A DNA stretch of 64,000 nucleotides from contig CM052818.1 in assembly GCA_028534125.1 (NCBI GenBank), forward strand, positions 3,350,001-3,414,000, written 5' to 3'. A program made the position numbers and the translations under genes. The DNA is from Lama glama (taxonomy: Eukaryota). Below the pieces are notes generated by a model. The model was not told the origin of the DNA. It saw nothing but the letters and a program-made list of their open reading frames with translations, and did no database searches. Shown here one piece after another: positions 1-13,799 of the stretch (its first letter is position 1; each line of letters begins with the position of its first letter).

Positions 1-1549
1 AAGCACTCTGCATATGGTGGTGGTTATTCTTTCAATCCTAGCTTCCTTTGAGGAAGGATAATTGCTGGGAGCAAACACACATAATTATAACCCTAACATA
101 TTCCTTTCAAAATCAATAGGGAACTCAAGAGTGTCTCACTAGGCAAATAGAGACTGGCTGTAAAATCCAATTCACTAAATGCTTCTTTAAGGAAAATGGA
201 CATCTCTTGTCATTAAAAGATTCAATGGAAAATCTCACCCAGTTTCTATGGAAATGCAGATCTCACTTATGCTAAAGGTACTATTTTTTTTTAAACATTT
301 AAAACTTTAGCAAGGATTTCACAAAGCTAATGCTTCCAAAGGGGAGATTCCTTGGTGGCCACCTACATCACGTAGAGGCAGGGCTAGGAGGGACGCCAAG
401 GTCGGGACGGAAGGATCCGAAGCACCCCGGGACCTCCGCCTGTTATCTCCAGTGCAACAGCCAAAGGCAAATAAAAGTCAGGGCAATAAGTATCGACCTT
501 GGAAATCCAAGCACGTCTCTGGATGTGTTATCCATATCCAGAGAACCTAAAGTATCTCCTACAACAGCAGGAAGAAGGGACAGCATATCTAACAACAAAC
601 TTAAAACCGTTTGGGAAGCATCTCTGGGAAGAAAACTATAAAAACTGTGCTGACATGAGAAAATCTGAACAAACGGGAAAAACAGCACATTCCTAGATAT
701 GAACCTTCGAAGCAAAAATGCCAATGTGACCCAAGTCTGTCTACAAATTTAACATAATTCTTGGAGGGGGGTGGGATCTCAGCAGTGTTCTTTTTAATGC
801 TGGGAAATTAGTCTAAAACTTCACCTAGGAGAATAAATGTGTGAGACCGCTGAAATGTTTGAAAAAGGAAAAGAATGAAGAGGAACGTGCTATACCACTT
901 ATTCAATTGTATTTTAAATCTTCCATGATTAAAAGCAGAATATACTGATACAGGAAGAGACAGACAAGTTCAAGTGCAGAAAAGAAGAAAAAAATTCCCA
1001 GGAAGAGACTTAAGAAGAGAGATACGACTGCAAGTCCTTGGAGCAAGAACGCATTATTCAGAAAATAGCAGAGGAGGGGGGAGGTTAACATCAGAATAGA
1101 TTCCAAATACACTGAAGATCTGAATATAAAGTATATTTGGGTCCCACACAGTCCTGTTGGCAGTTTTACTTAACCCTTGTCAACCATGAATTATGGAAAA
1201 TTAAAAATGCCAAGTGAAGGGAGTCATTAATGAAGTGGGCTCTAGCCTGTTTGGGACACTGCCTCCGCCCCGAGCTCTGGCACTGACAAGAAGGCCCCTG
1301 GGCTCGTCGCTGCTCTCAGACAGTTCTGGATGCTGCTCTGTTTTATCTCTGCCTTGAGACTTGAACTTCTTGATTCTATCCATGCCTCTCTCTCTCAGGC
1401 CAAGAGATTGTAAATTGGGGGAAAGATGCAACAAAAGAAGACTACAGGTGGATGTGCTGTCTACAGAGAGCGCCCCTGAATTTACTGTGTCAGCCCTAAA
1501 GTTCTTCCCGACTTGGATGTAGTCAAGGCCAGGAATGGTATGAAATCAG

Positions 1550-1625
1550 GTGTGCGTGTGACTGTGTGTATGTGTGTGACTCTGAGTGTGTGTGACTGTG
1601 TGTGACTGTGTGTGTGTGACTGTGA
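1550..1625. repeat. (TG)n/(GACTGT)n compound microsatellite
   Basis: TG runs interrupted by GAC units, seen directly. Confidence 0.85.
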
Positions 1626-4039
1626 GGGAGGCACTGTTGTCAGAGGTCACTCTTCTTTACTGAAGGTGTAACTGAACTCTCTCCCTCAGATTTTCACGAC
1701 AAAAGAACGAGTCAGGTCAGGGCAGAGTGAACAGGATGGCAGCCAGTGCAGAGGGCAGATAAGTGACTAGGTTCACAGGCAGAAATCTTGAAACGTACCC
1801 TTGGCTCTTTCGTTCATTTATTCCACTAGATTTCTGAGGATTGTTATGCACTGCCACCTTCCTGGGTGCTGGGGATAAAATGTTAAGTAAGGCCAAGTGC
1901 CTGCCTTGGAAGCACTTAAAATTTAGCTGGAGTGATCAAACATGTAAACAAATCATTGCAGAATTATCTATCTGAGCTACCTTCAGACCAAGACAAATAT
2001 CAGCTCCCACTGAAAGTTCTAGAATGGGCTCCCCTTTGCCCTCTACCAATCATTCTTTCTTTTCCCTCATCCACATCTTGTTTGACTTAACTTCTCCATA
2101 AAGGTTTTTGCTTTCATAGCCTATCAGAAGCTTTTTTCCTTTCCAAATAGATCACATGCATTTACCCATTCATTCGCATGCTGCAGGCCTCCTGTGCGTC
2201 CGAATGTTCTGTTTCTTTCATTACCAAATAATGAAAGTGACCAAGTCTTCTATTTCACGTTAACCCCCTGGAGCCTAGAAATAATAATGCACCTGCAGAC
2301 GCTGACCTAAGAGCAGAATCCGATATCCTTGGTAATTCATGCCCCTTCTCTTTGAGGAAAGCCCTACTTAATGAACATGATACACGGGACCTCACTGAGT
2401 ACTAGTCTTCGTTAAAATTGGGCCTAAAATGATTAACCAAAGAAGGGGGAAAAAAAGTTACATAAACAATATCCTATTTTCTCCTCCCTTTGTGTGGACA
2501 CAGACTTAGCCAATTAAATAGCTTTATAAATCCTATAGAATGGTTGGAGTTTGAATGAAAAATAATTTCAGCTATGGGTATGTGTAAACTCTATAGTGAT
2601 TTAAAAAAAAAAAGAGTATTTAGTATAGGCTAAGAGGACCCTTTAAAGGGTCAAAAATTACTCCCTACAAGTGATTATAGATCACAGAGATCACAATCTT
2701 TTCCAGATTTTGGATTGAGAACAAAGCCTTATTGGGTTAAACAAAAAATCCAGGTGGAGACTACAAGTCATGCTTTGAGGAAAAACGTAGTCTCCTGTTT
2801 CTAAAATGATCCCTTTATAAACAGTTGCCAAATGCATCATTATTACTGACTTAAGTGGAACCTTGGAAGGTTCTGGAGATTTCTCATAACTGTGACAGTC
2901 ATCTTTGTACAATACACAACGGTGGTGACACACGCTAGCCGTACGGGAAACACGGCACTCAGCGGACGGTGCGCGAACAGCGACTCACGGGGGCTACGTT
3001 TTAAACTAATAAAATCACTTTTCTATTAGAAGTATTCAATACACAAGTATTTAATTTTTCCTTTCTAGAGCCCATATTTTTAAAAAATACAAGATGTATA
3101 TTATAACTAGTACTTGCTAGCTCAATCGCACCTATTCCCATAGACTATTCACGTCTATGACAAAAAGTCAGGGGGTGCCTCCAGTGTTCCCAGGAGGGGA
3201 CTGGAAACCGGCTGAAAAAGCAGCATGTTTCTTCTCTAAGTTCTTCCAAGAGGTGTAGTCTGGGAAAGGTGGACTCCGGTGGTACAGATCTGAGTGCCCC
3301 CCCGCACCATCTCCATAGAGCAGCTTTGCACACGGAGAGCTCCCTCCCTCCTTTGTAACAACCAGGCTGTGCCCTTCACCCCATGTGGCAACAAAGCAGT
3401 GTGGGTCTGTTACGACATCCCAGGGTGAAATCTGAATGTGGTCAAGGGCGTTCAGTAGTGGTAAGAGTGGTGCAATGCACACCACAGCTCAGGCGCAGTG
3501 CAAAAGGCAGGCCCTACCCCTTCCGATACGCGGAGCGTGGCCATCTGAAAAGCCAGGACCCCAGAGAAACAACTATAAGGAACTGCAGTGAATTAGAACA
3601 TCCTGCCAGAAGAGACCTGGCTGGAATGGTTTCTCATGCCAGACCAGATGCCACTGAAATACTGTTGGACCGGATGAAAATAACAGCTTAGATCAGGCTG
3701 TTGAGTCCTCCTCACAGAGCACACACAAAAATCTTTTGTCATGGGGGTCAGAAGACTCTGGCAGAGGTAATCTCTCTAGACCAGCTGCCTCATTCCAGCA
3801 AGGCCTGCATGTGTACCATTCCAGAAAAACGGGCGTCGGCAATTAAAGGAGATGCTAGAGCCTTCTTTTGAAAAACAGCCCATTCGAGCACCTGACTCTC
3901 GACCCACTGGCCGCAGCATATATGCATTCATTCACTCAGCCTCCATTTGCTGAAGGGCTCATTGGAAGGCATTCAGACCAGAGGAATTCCCAGCTAAGAA
4001 AAGGAAACAGCAGAATTATCTTCAGTAAAGGGCACATAA

Positions 4040-5600
4040 CAACAACTAAAGACTAAAATATTTCGCATATTCCAACAATAATTAATTAGGCATCACAATG
4101 GGAAACCAACAGCAATTTTAAAATACATAAACACAAACTCAGGAATACCTTTTACAAGAAATTGCAAGATCTACATGGAAACCCTACAAAAGTACTCAGA
4201 GACAGAAAAGAGATCTGAATAAATGAAGACACACACCACATCCTGGCTGGAAAGCTCTGCGCTGTAAACATGAACTTTTAAAGGTTAATTTACATTGGAA
4301 TTATTTAACTTGGATTTTGAAAATCCCCAAAGAATTTGGAGGATAAGGAATTGAAGGAGTGACTGCAAAATTCATCAGGAAAAGTAAACTGTAGTGGGGG
4401 TAGGTACCGCTCAGTGGATAGAGTGTGTGCTTAGCATGCACTGAGGTCCTGGGTTCAATCCCAGTACCTCCATTTAAATAAACAAACAAACCTAATTACC
4501 CCCCTGCAAAGAAATTTAAAAATTAAAAATTAAAAAAAAAGGAAAAATAAACTGGTGAAAAGAGCTAAGAACATGGTAAAATAAAACAAGAAGGCGGGGA
4601 GAATAGAGATTTGCTTTACTGGATCCTGAAGTGCCTAAAACGTCAATGATTACAACAATGTATACTGTCTCAGGAAGAGCAGATGAGGTGGGTCAGTGGA
4701 ACAGAACACATCTAGAACCAGACTTAGCCACAAACAAGAACTCAGTACACAACAGAGGCAGCAACTTCAAATAGTGAGAGAAGACTGACTCCGAAAAGGT
4801 AAATGATAAACTGGATAGTTAAATAATACAAAGGGGCCATCTCTTTCATATATACCCTTTGTATTATAGAACCTTTTCAAAATAAAGAAAAAGATAAACT
4901 CCTCGGTAGAAAACTGGGCAAAGGTTATTAAACAGGTAATTCACACACACACACAAACTGCCAAAGAGATGAAAACTGTTCAACCGTGCTAGTAATATCA
5001 GAAATGCAAATTAAAACAAGTTGTGTGTCATTGTTTTTTGTTTACTTATCAAATTCATACAAGTCTTACGTTAAAATGTAAACTTGTGAAGGTCTAAGGA
5101 AAATATGGCCTATAACTTGCTTGGTGGGTAATCCAGCAGCAAACATCAGAAACCATAACGTGTATACCATTAATTCCATAACCACAAATCTGTCCTAAGG
5201 AAATGATGATGGTGTCGGACAGAGACTTTATCTATAAGGCAGTTTAAGGAAGCATCGTTTATATTAGCGAAATATTGGGGAAACCCTAAAATAGGGGGTT
5301 GGTTGAATGAATTATGACACATCTATATGATGTAACACTGGGCATTCACTACAAGTAATGTTAGAAAGGGAGATTTAATGATACTGGAAAATGTTCACAA
5401 TGTAGCTTGAAAGGAAGCAAGTGATTTGCTATATGATCCCGTATCGATTAAACAAAAAAGCACGCACAGAAGTCTGCGGGATGGGACTTAGCAGGAAGTC
5501 AGCACCTGTTATTGCTGTAAGGTCTACTTATTACAGGTCGTTTTTATTTTCTTGGTGCTTTTCTGAACTTCTCAACTTTCTACACTAAATTCTTTTAAAA
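4040..5600 (+). mobile_element. Old, diverged L1 (L1M-type) ORF2/3' fragments, interrupted by a SINE
   Basis: A-rich L1-like motifs (agatctgaataaatgaagac, gaaatgcaaattaaaac). Boundaries approximate. Confidence 0.6.
4396..4539 (+). mobile_element. tRNA-derived SINE (Vic-1-like)
   Basis: A box gctcagtgg, B box gggttcaatccc, ctaattacc tail motif and A-rich end. Imperfect TSD aggaaaagtaaactg / aggaaaaataaactg. Confidence 0.85.
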
Positions 5601-7464
5601 GTTATTTTCCCCAAAACAGTGGGAAAGAGACATTTCAAAGTTCCATGGGTTGCCTCGGACTGCTAGAATGAGGGACGATTCAACTTTTGAGTGTGATTTT
5701 CTGTATTTCTCAAAATGTTCTACGCGATTAGTTTTTTTAAAAAGCAAAAACTACTACATGCTTATCAAGGGTGCTTCCTTCAGAGGCTAGACCCCCCAAA
5801 TTAAGATTTGGAGAAGCACAGTCAAGCGACAGCCTCATACCTACAGTGAGACTACACTGAGCCCTCGGCCCCAGGGACGTGGTCTTTGTTGGGCTCTGGA
5901 TTCCCAGCACCGAGTCCCCAGCATCCCTGGGCTCCACGAACACCTGGTCTATTAGATGGAAAATACGGTTGTGGCTGCCACCACCTCCCACCTTCACCAT
6001 TCGAGAAGTCTTTTATCTTCCCATTGCCAAGATTATTATTAAACGGGCCGTGCTGAGCTCCTCATAGGGGAGTCCTGATGAACACAACTTATCCAGAATC
6101 TCTAAAGGGCCACAGAAAAGGTTTCTGTGTGAAAAATAACTAACACAAGTATAATAACTTTGCAATATTGAGAAGAGAAAAAAAAATCCAATTAGAAGTT
6201 CTTTTCCTAAGTTGCTTTTTTTTTTTGAGAGCTATGCCACTCTTTTTTAAAAAGTGATGTTAAGGTGAAAACCGGCAGAAGTGTATTAGCATCCAGCAGA
6301 GTGGTATTCTTTCATAGGATTCAGCAACTAAAACCAAGGAGACAAGAGCAGCTGTTGAGCTGACCTCAAAACCCTAAAATTGGAAGCATCCACGCTAACA
6401 AGCGAGAAGAACCCGACAACCTTTGGCTCCTCCCCTGGACTGCGGCAACCAATGCCGGGTTAAATTAAGTAACTTTGAGTCCTTCCTTCTCTTCTGTTCA
6501 CAAGCTCTAGACTGGAGAAGACAATTATCAAGACCTTAGAAGACCCAATTCCAAAAAAAGAAAGGACAATAAGGAAACTAGATAGCCAACCCTTCGATAA
6601 GCAGAAGTTGACGGGTCACCTGGAAACAATTGGAATTATAAGCAGCTTGCCCAGTGATGGCTTCAAATCCAGTTTTCTGGAATCTTTGCCTCCACAGCCT
6701 CCCGTGCGTACCTCGACCTCAGCGCTCAGTGTGTTAACTGAAACTCTCTGTGTCTTTCTCGTGAGACAAACTACATTTCTCTAGGATGGGAACCAGCTGA
6801 TTTAATACCCCAGTATGAACTTATTTAATACCCAGTACTGAGCACAAGCTCTTGGGACACTGTAGGTAGGAAAAAAATGTTCTTGATCAGCTAAAACATA
6901 TGACAAAATTAACATTCTGTGGCAGTCCTGCAGGCACGGCGCTGCAGGAAGTCTAAGAGCCCTCACCTGAAGGTGAATAATGAAATGTGAGTCATAAACA
7001 TAAATGCCTGGTGGGGAGGAGGAGGACTAAAAGGCTTTTCAGCAGAAACAGTCCCAGTTTCCCCAGTTCGCCCCAAAGGCAGGAAGATGGGAGAGAATCC
7101 AAAGATGAGAGAGAGAAGCCACATCTGACTGCCTTTCCGCCTTCAGAAGAGATACTTTTGAGTTTCCAGTTCATGATATGTAAATCCCTAAAGCATAAAG
7201 ATGCTCTGATTTTAAACATGGTCACCACAATCAGAGAGAAACTGAAAGGGGAGGGTCTGGGCAGCCCTTCCGCCGATGAAACACACCAGATCCTGGCTTT
7301 CAGAACCAGGCTCCCTCTTCAAAGAGGCGCGTGAAATAACCGCATGTGTTTACAGAGCCGTCGTTACACACCATCCTCCTGTTTGTGCAGGGCACTGAGA
7401 AGGCCCCTCGATCTGGATGGGTCACCTGTATTTCAAATTGATGGGAGCTCAGAGACCAGAATGA

Positions 7465-8030
7465 GGCTTGTTCAATCGTTTGCAGCCCTGGCTGCACATA
7501 AGAATCACCCGGGGAGCCTTTAAAAAAATACTAGTGCGGAATCTCCGCCCAAACCAATTAAATCAGAATTGCTGGGGGTGAGGTTTCAGCGTTGGGGGGG
7601 GGTGTTTTTTGTTTTTTTTAAAGCTCCACAAAGATTTATTAATTTTTTTCAGCATGGTAAAAGCAAGTGGTTGTTGTGTGTGTGTGTGTGTGTGTGTGTG
7701 TTTTAAGTCTTTACTAGAGATAGAAGAAAATGTGCTTTAAAATACTCCACAGAGAGGGGTGGTTTTGATTACACAAGACTGGCAAAATATTGGTAAATGT
7801 GGAAGCTGGGCGATGGATACAAAGAGGTTGATTACATTATTCACTCTACTTTTGTATATTTGAAAAATTCTCTAACAGAAAGTTATTTTATAAACTCAGC
7901 AGAAGTAAAAATTTGTTTTCTTGTCCCCAAGTATATATGTGTATACTGTATTTAATATAAAAGTATTTTTTAAAACCATTAAAATAAAAGCTTTGCAAGT
8001 GATTCTAGTGTGCGACCAGAGTTGAGAACG
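7465..8030. mobile_element. MER5-like hAT DNA transposon interrupted by (TG)n and an L1 3'-end fragment (~7700-7900)
   Basis: ggctgcacataagaatcacccggggagc...aatcagaat, resuming at gtgattctagtgtgcgaccagagttgagaac. Confidence 0.65.
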
Positions 8031-8624
8031 AATAGGCTAACTCATTTGAAAAATAAAGATTTAAATAAGTAGCAAGAGGTAATCCCGGTAAGAAAGCAAC
8101 TCAGGCTTGTGGCGAGATGGAGCCCAGTGAGGGCGCCGGCCTCTTCCAAGTGCATTGCCATCGCCTCTTTCTCCTCTGTGTGTATTTGCCTGAATTTTGA
8201 GAATCTTTATTCACAAGTGAACCGCACACACACACATATGTATGTGTATATATATTAATCTCTGTGTGGACCTGATTTAAGACAGCATGACCAATTATAT
8301 TCAGGAGCATGTACTTTTTAAAAAAACACTATTTCTGGAAACATGGCCTCTGACCTAAAATGCTCTGGCCTGTGACAGTCCCACAGAAGGCCACTCCTCA
8401 GGAAAGGTGAGCGGGCTGCGGGGGTCAGGGCTGGGAGTGTGGTCTTTGCAACAAGAGAGCCCCCGGGTCTGGCTAAGTGGCTTACGGGCAGAGCTGATCA
8501 GAGGGCCCTGAGTGAACTCGTATATCAGGTGCTCATTATGCGAAATCAAGAACAACCAGGTCTCAACTTGATGAAGAAAGAATACAACAAAACACGGCCC
8601 CCGCCCCCAAAATCCCCAACTCAC

Positions 8625-8654
8625 CTATTCTTCTCCATTTCATTGTGAGTCGAT
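8625..8654 (-). CDS. MXD1: MXD1 exon 3 (30 nt; basic region RSTHNEMEKNR)
   Basis: TTTCAG|ATCGACTCACAATGAAATGGAGAAGAATAG|GTGAGT. Continues the exon 2 frame and matches the Mad-family bHLH basic region. Confidence 0.97.
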
Positions 8655-11600
8655 CTGAAAGAGGGAACAATAAGAGTTAAGATTATTCTTGTCTTAAAGG
8701 ACTACTCCACACCAACATGATTCTAACTTCCTTCTCTCCCGAGTTGGTAGGAGAGAAGACAGAGAAAGGGACCTCCTAAAGAGACCAGTCCCCTTGGGGA
8801 ATGAGATAAATGTAAATATCTACAACAGAGTTCAAGGAGAAGTGACAAACTAAGACGCATGCCCTCCCTAGGGGGAAAGTAATCCATTTGAAGAAAGGAA
8901 ATAAAAGGGGTCTATTTATACAAAGAGTAAAACAGCTGCACAGTGAGTGCGATGTGGAGCTGGGTCACTTAATACCACAAAGCATCCTCTAGGCCGAGCA
9001 CACAACAGTGGAGGTGGCGTCCCCACCCCAGCCCTGCAGTTTTTTCTGGATGTACTACACACCAAAATTGTATGCTACTTGTGTGACTGTAGGATACAGT
9101 TTTAAGTGCATAACAATAACCCTTCCTCCCTCAATCTTTCTACTCCCTGAAGTTATTATTTTATCAGGTACAACCTCCTGAAAGTCGCTACCAAGTGATT
9201 TTTGGGAAGGGGCTTCCAGAACTCAGCTCAACAAAAAGACGACAGACTGGTTAAGGCAGCGCTTTGGGTGAACTCTGAAGTCCACTGGCTGGGACTGTGG
9301 AAGAAATAAAATTCTTTACCATCCTGTCCTCGGCTAACCCCACGGTAAAATGGAAATAACAACTATTGCCAATTATCCACTGAACAAGCATGGGCCATGA
9401 GGGAGCAACTGTAAAAGTGATTAGAGAGCCTTGGATGAAAGCGGCAGTGTTTGTGAAATCATACTATTAGTGTGTTTACAACTGACCATGAATATAAGGC
9501 CTGGTCTGAGGATTTATGGACAGGTTTCCACAAAGGTCACGGGAGGTCAGCGAATGTGGCCATTTCAGTGTCCTCCTCACACAACTCATCCTTAACTGGC
9601 CCTTATATCCTTATAAATAAACTTGAGGAAGCTCCTCACATTATAAAGGAGCTGAATCTTGACCTTTCTTGGGGAAATTCTCTGGAATCTAACCAGCTCA
9701 GGAAAGTATGACCAAGCTCAGGTCAAGAATTCTGCGGGGCTATAATGGGAACCTTACTGGGCCCAGGAGATAAATTCTCACAGTAATCATGGAGGAACAG
9801 TACCTCCCTCAGTGCCTAGCCCCCCATTTACATCAAGGGCCACCACCACGAAGTTCATTCACACCAGAGGCTGGGGGTGGGGTGTGTGTATGGGGAGGGG
9901 TTAGTCTTGAAATGGGAAATGTCCAATCCCACACTAAAACTCCTCTTCCACAAGGCTCCTTGGATACCAGTTTTTATTTAGGAGGGAAAACAAGAAAATA
10001 ATGACAGTATTTCAAATTTTAGAATATTTGTTTTCTAGACAAAGGCTATGTGAAGCTCAAAACTCGTTAACTTAAAAGCTTTAAACTGATTCACCTGCTT
10101 ATCCCTCAAGGTTCTTCAGTTCTATTTTTCTGAAGGTATACTTCCTGCAGTGCCAGCAGGGTATCACAGTTAACAAGAGTCAGGCCTGCAACTGCAAACC
10201 TTTGGCTTTAAAGCACGTGGCATTCTGGTTTTAACAAGGAGTAACAAGTTCAAAGTCTGACAGATTTTTTTTAAATGGATGAAAGTATATGACAACAGTT
10301 GGTCAAGACTTCCCTGTTTAACTGCAGCCAAGGACCAACCTGGGAAGGTGGTGGAGAGCAGGGTGGATATTTGAAGAGAGCACGGTCTCTCTGATTACAC
10401 AAAATAACAGCACATAGGGCACCCTCACCCCAAATTTCTGGATTCTTTGAAGATACATATAAAAAAAAATCGTAATCCCCAAGATAATCTTTTTAACAAA
10501 TTCCATAAGCTGCACAACTCCTTCCAAACTTTGAACAGAGTTTTGGAAACTACCGATCTTATCTAATTACTTAAGAGTGTTGAACACATGGTGATTTTTC
10601 ACAAGGGGACTTACATCAAATGGCTAGGGCATTACTGAAGTGCATTTGGTTTAGTGAAACTCAATTTGTCTTTAATAAAAAGCAGGCCTTTCAGAAAATG
10701 ATCAGTTCAGAGGCTGCCTGCCAACTCTGTTGATGGATAAACATTTATCTTTTTAATTAAAGCATTGTAAGAATACAGACATGCCTTGTGTCAAAATCAT
10801 TTTCCATGTGGTTACTGAAAAGATTCGATAACTCTGGAATCACTGATAAAGGTCAAAGGTCACCATTTAAAAATATATTCTAACAAAAAGATAACCAGGC
10901 CAAACTAGTCCTTGGGATTACGAAGACTCACCATGTCAAGTCAGCTGTATAGCCAGTGTCTGACAAAAGAAATGGGTGGATAGTGCTAAACTTCCTCTTT
11001 CATGTGAGTGCCAATGCCTGCTTTACCAGTTTAGCAAAAGATACCTTTAAGAACTCTGGATTTCAATTCTAAATATTTAGTAACTGATTTCAAAAATCAG
11101 TATGAAAGGAAAAAAAAGAGAAGATTTCATCTCCCCCTAGTTTTTTGGATGATTCCAAAACACTCAATATTCACAATTTCATTTGGTTTTTTTAAACAAG
11201 CAATTAGAAAAACTTGAGATCTGCATTTTCATTTCCCAAGAAGTCTGATCTGTGGCTAAATCTTGTTTTGTATTGTCCAAGGAAAAGTAACCCCTCCGAT
11301 TCTACAAGCAAACAGGCCAGCATTTCAACCTAAATTAACAAGAAGAAACTGTTACCGATGGTTATGTAAACCAGCAGTAATCTCTCTATCGCCCTTACCT
11401 CAGTTCAAAATCCTGACCATATGTGGCCTTGGATATAAGTCTAATTCAAATCAAGGGGTCAAACTGCATTCTCTGGGGAGACGTCTCGCTGCTCAGGTAA
11501 GGGTCATTCCAAACAGGTCATGAAGGAAGTGATTACATTTAAGCACAACAACCTGCTCTTGCTTCATGTGTTTGCTTGGTGTCATCTCCCGGTTTAATCA

Positions 11601-13377
11601 TGGCCTCTCAGAGATCCTTGCACCACTTCAGTTATTGCACGAATTCATTATTAGTCGAGAAACAGGGACAACTGTGGTGGTCTCCTGTCTCACTGTAGAA
11701 AGCAAACCCCATCCATTGACAGAAATAGTAGAGCTTTCCCCCAAATCTGGAGTTGCAGCCATTTTTCCAGGAGTAATGCTGGACATTCAAGAGAAGAGAA
11801 AGAATCTATTTCTTGGATCGAAATTCTCAACTCTCACTATTTTTCTTTCCTAATTACTTCTCTTCAACAACGTCCCCTTTTTTTCCTCACCACTGAACAT
11901 CCCTTCAACAACTTTCTTGTGAAACTTAGGAGGAAACAGAGTGCTAAGAGTCAGGCCTTGACTATCAGTGTGGGCAATTCCTCTCAAACCATGAGTGGAC
12001 AAGAATTAAAGTAACAAACGAACCACACTTTTCCAGAAAAATAAACCAAAAGGCTTCAAAGATCTAACAAAAAATTAAAACAAAATTACCGTAGCAAAAT
12101 GCAACACAAAAATTGTTTTGTACCACCGCGGAAGTCAAGTCAGCATTAACATCCTTCCTAAAGGCCACCAGAACTCACGCACAGATCTATTTGCTACCAC
12201 CTTCAGATAATGCTAAAGGTGGGAGGGGAAGGAAAAACCACCAGGTAACTAATTAACAGGTTCATCCTTCCTGCGCCTTCCTAATCAAGAGCTCGGCACA
12301 TGTGTGCTGCTCACTCACCTCCCGTGATTCTACTGACACTAAGGACAACGGGGTGAATCAAAGACAGAAGAGGCAGCAAGAACAAGTGAGTTCTAGGTTC
12401 AGGTGGGAACCGTCTGGCTTTTAGTGGGCTGTATTATTGCACAGAGGCTAACCAAATACAGCTACTTGCAGGGGGTTTTCAGGAGAATGGGACACTTGGA
12501 AAAGGGTTCTAAATCAATAATGAAAATGTCAATGATTTTAATTTACTGGAATAAAAGGTCTAATTGAATGGATCTAATAAAAACAGATTTCCTAGCTAAC
12601 TTAGTTATATTTTAAGGGCAAAGAGGGGAAAACAGGGCACAATAGCATTAACAGAGTACTCACATGTATCAGGAACTACATTCAGGGCTTTAATATGTGA
12701 TTTCATTGACCATTAACCAAATACTTTCCAGTGAGATTTACAAATTTTAAGAACTATAAGGCTAACATAAAAGGACTGTGGCATATTAATATTTTAATAT
12801 TATATGTTCCTCCACCACCAAAAAGGCAGGCTTTGACCTCAGTCATTCCTCTTTGCCATTATAAACAATGTGACAAATCAGATTGTCAGACAAATCCCTG
12901 TATTTAATTTACACGTCAAATATGAAACCCTACCACCTATGCCAAACCAAATACTTTAACATGGTTAAATAAAATCTTCACTATGAAAAGTAAAAAATGA
13001 ATAATGTCCAGTATTTTCAATTACAGAAAACTTGCCCTGAATCTGCAACTTCTGAAGGCAAAATATTGTCAGTTGCTAATCTCACTTGAAGTTTCCCAGA
13101 TGTTCACTCCCAAAGAGAAGAAAAGCAAAATTAAGTTTTTTTTTTAAAAAAAAGTTCCTAACGAAATAGAAAATATCTCCATTTCTCTTTACTTTTTAGT
13201 CCCCTCAACCCAAACAGAGGGCAGTTTCCTCCAACCCCTTAAGACCATGCGAACGTTACTGAATCACGATCACCACCTCATTTACAGGATTATAACCACA
13301 ACAGGCAACTTCCATTCTGCAGTTTGTATCACCTGCAGTATAGCCTAAAAGAGAAAAGGAAATATTTACCAAATTAC

Positions 13378-13477
13378 CTGCTACTGCTGTTATTCTTCTT
13401 GGATTTGCTCCTCCGTTTTAAGGCATCTCTGTCCTTGTTATTGTATGGTAACATGGAGGCATAACCATGCTCAGCTT
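13378..13477 (-). CDS. MXD1: MXD1 exon 2 (100 nt; EAEHGYASMLPYNNKDRDALKRRSKSKKNNSSSR)
   Basis: TTTTCTAG acceptor, CAG|GTAATT donor, EAEHGYAS Mad motif. Confidence 0.97.
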
Positions 13478-13799
13478 CTAGAAAACCGGAGGATCCAGTT
13501 AATGAATGAGCCCAGAACATTCAATACTCTCTCCCCTCCACAGTATTTCCTTTTAAAAATTGATTTATTTTTCATTAAAAGAATATCATAGAAATGATTA
13601 AATGGAGCAAGGTGGAATTCTTAGAACAATGATTGTTGTTTTTTCTCTTTTTTTAATTGTGTGAATATCCTCAATTCGGAGCAGGTGTAAGGAGCATTCC
13701 AGCTGCTCATTGTTGAGAAAGACACAGCAAGTCTCATGGAGTCTGGGCTTCCCATTGGCAACGTCCAGCAGGTTGGTGTGTATTAAGTGGGATCAGCTT

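Noticed and set aside
6926..6949. Hairpin TCCTGCAG...CTGCAGGA, and short direct duplications near 6800 and 17615
   Set aside because: 8-15 bp matches are expected by chance or slippage, and no ncRNA boxes are present.
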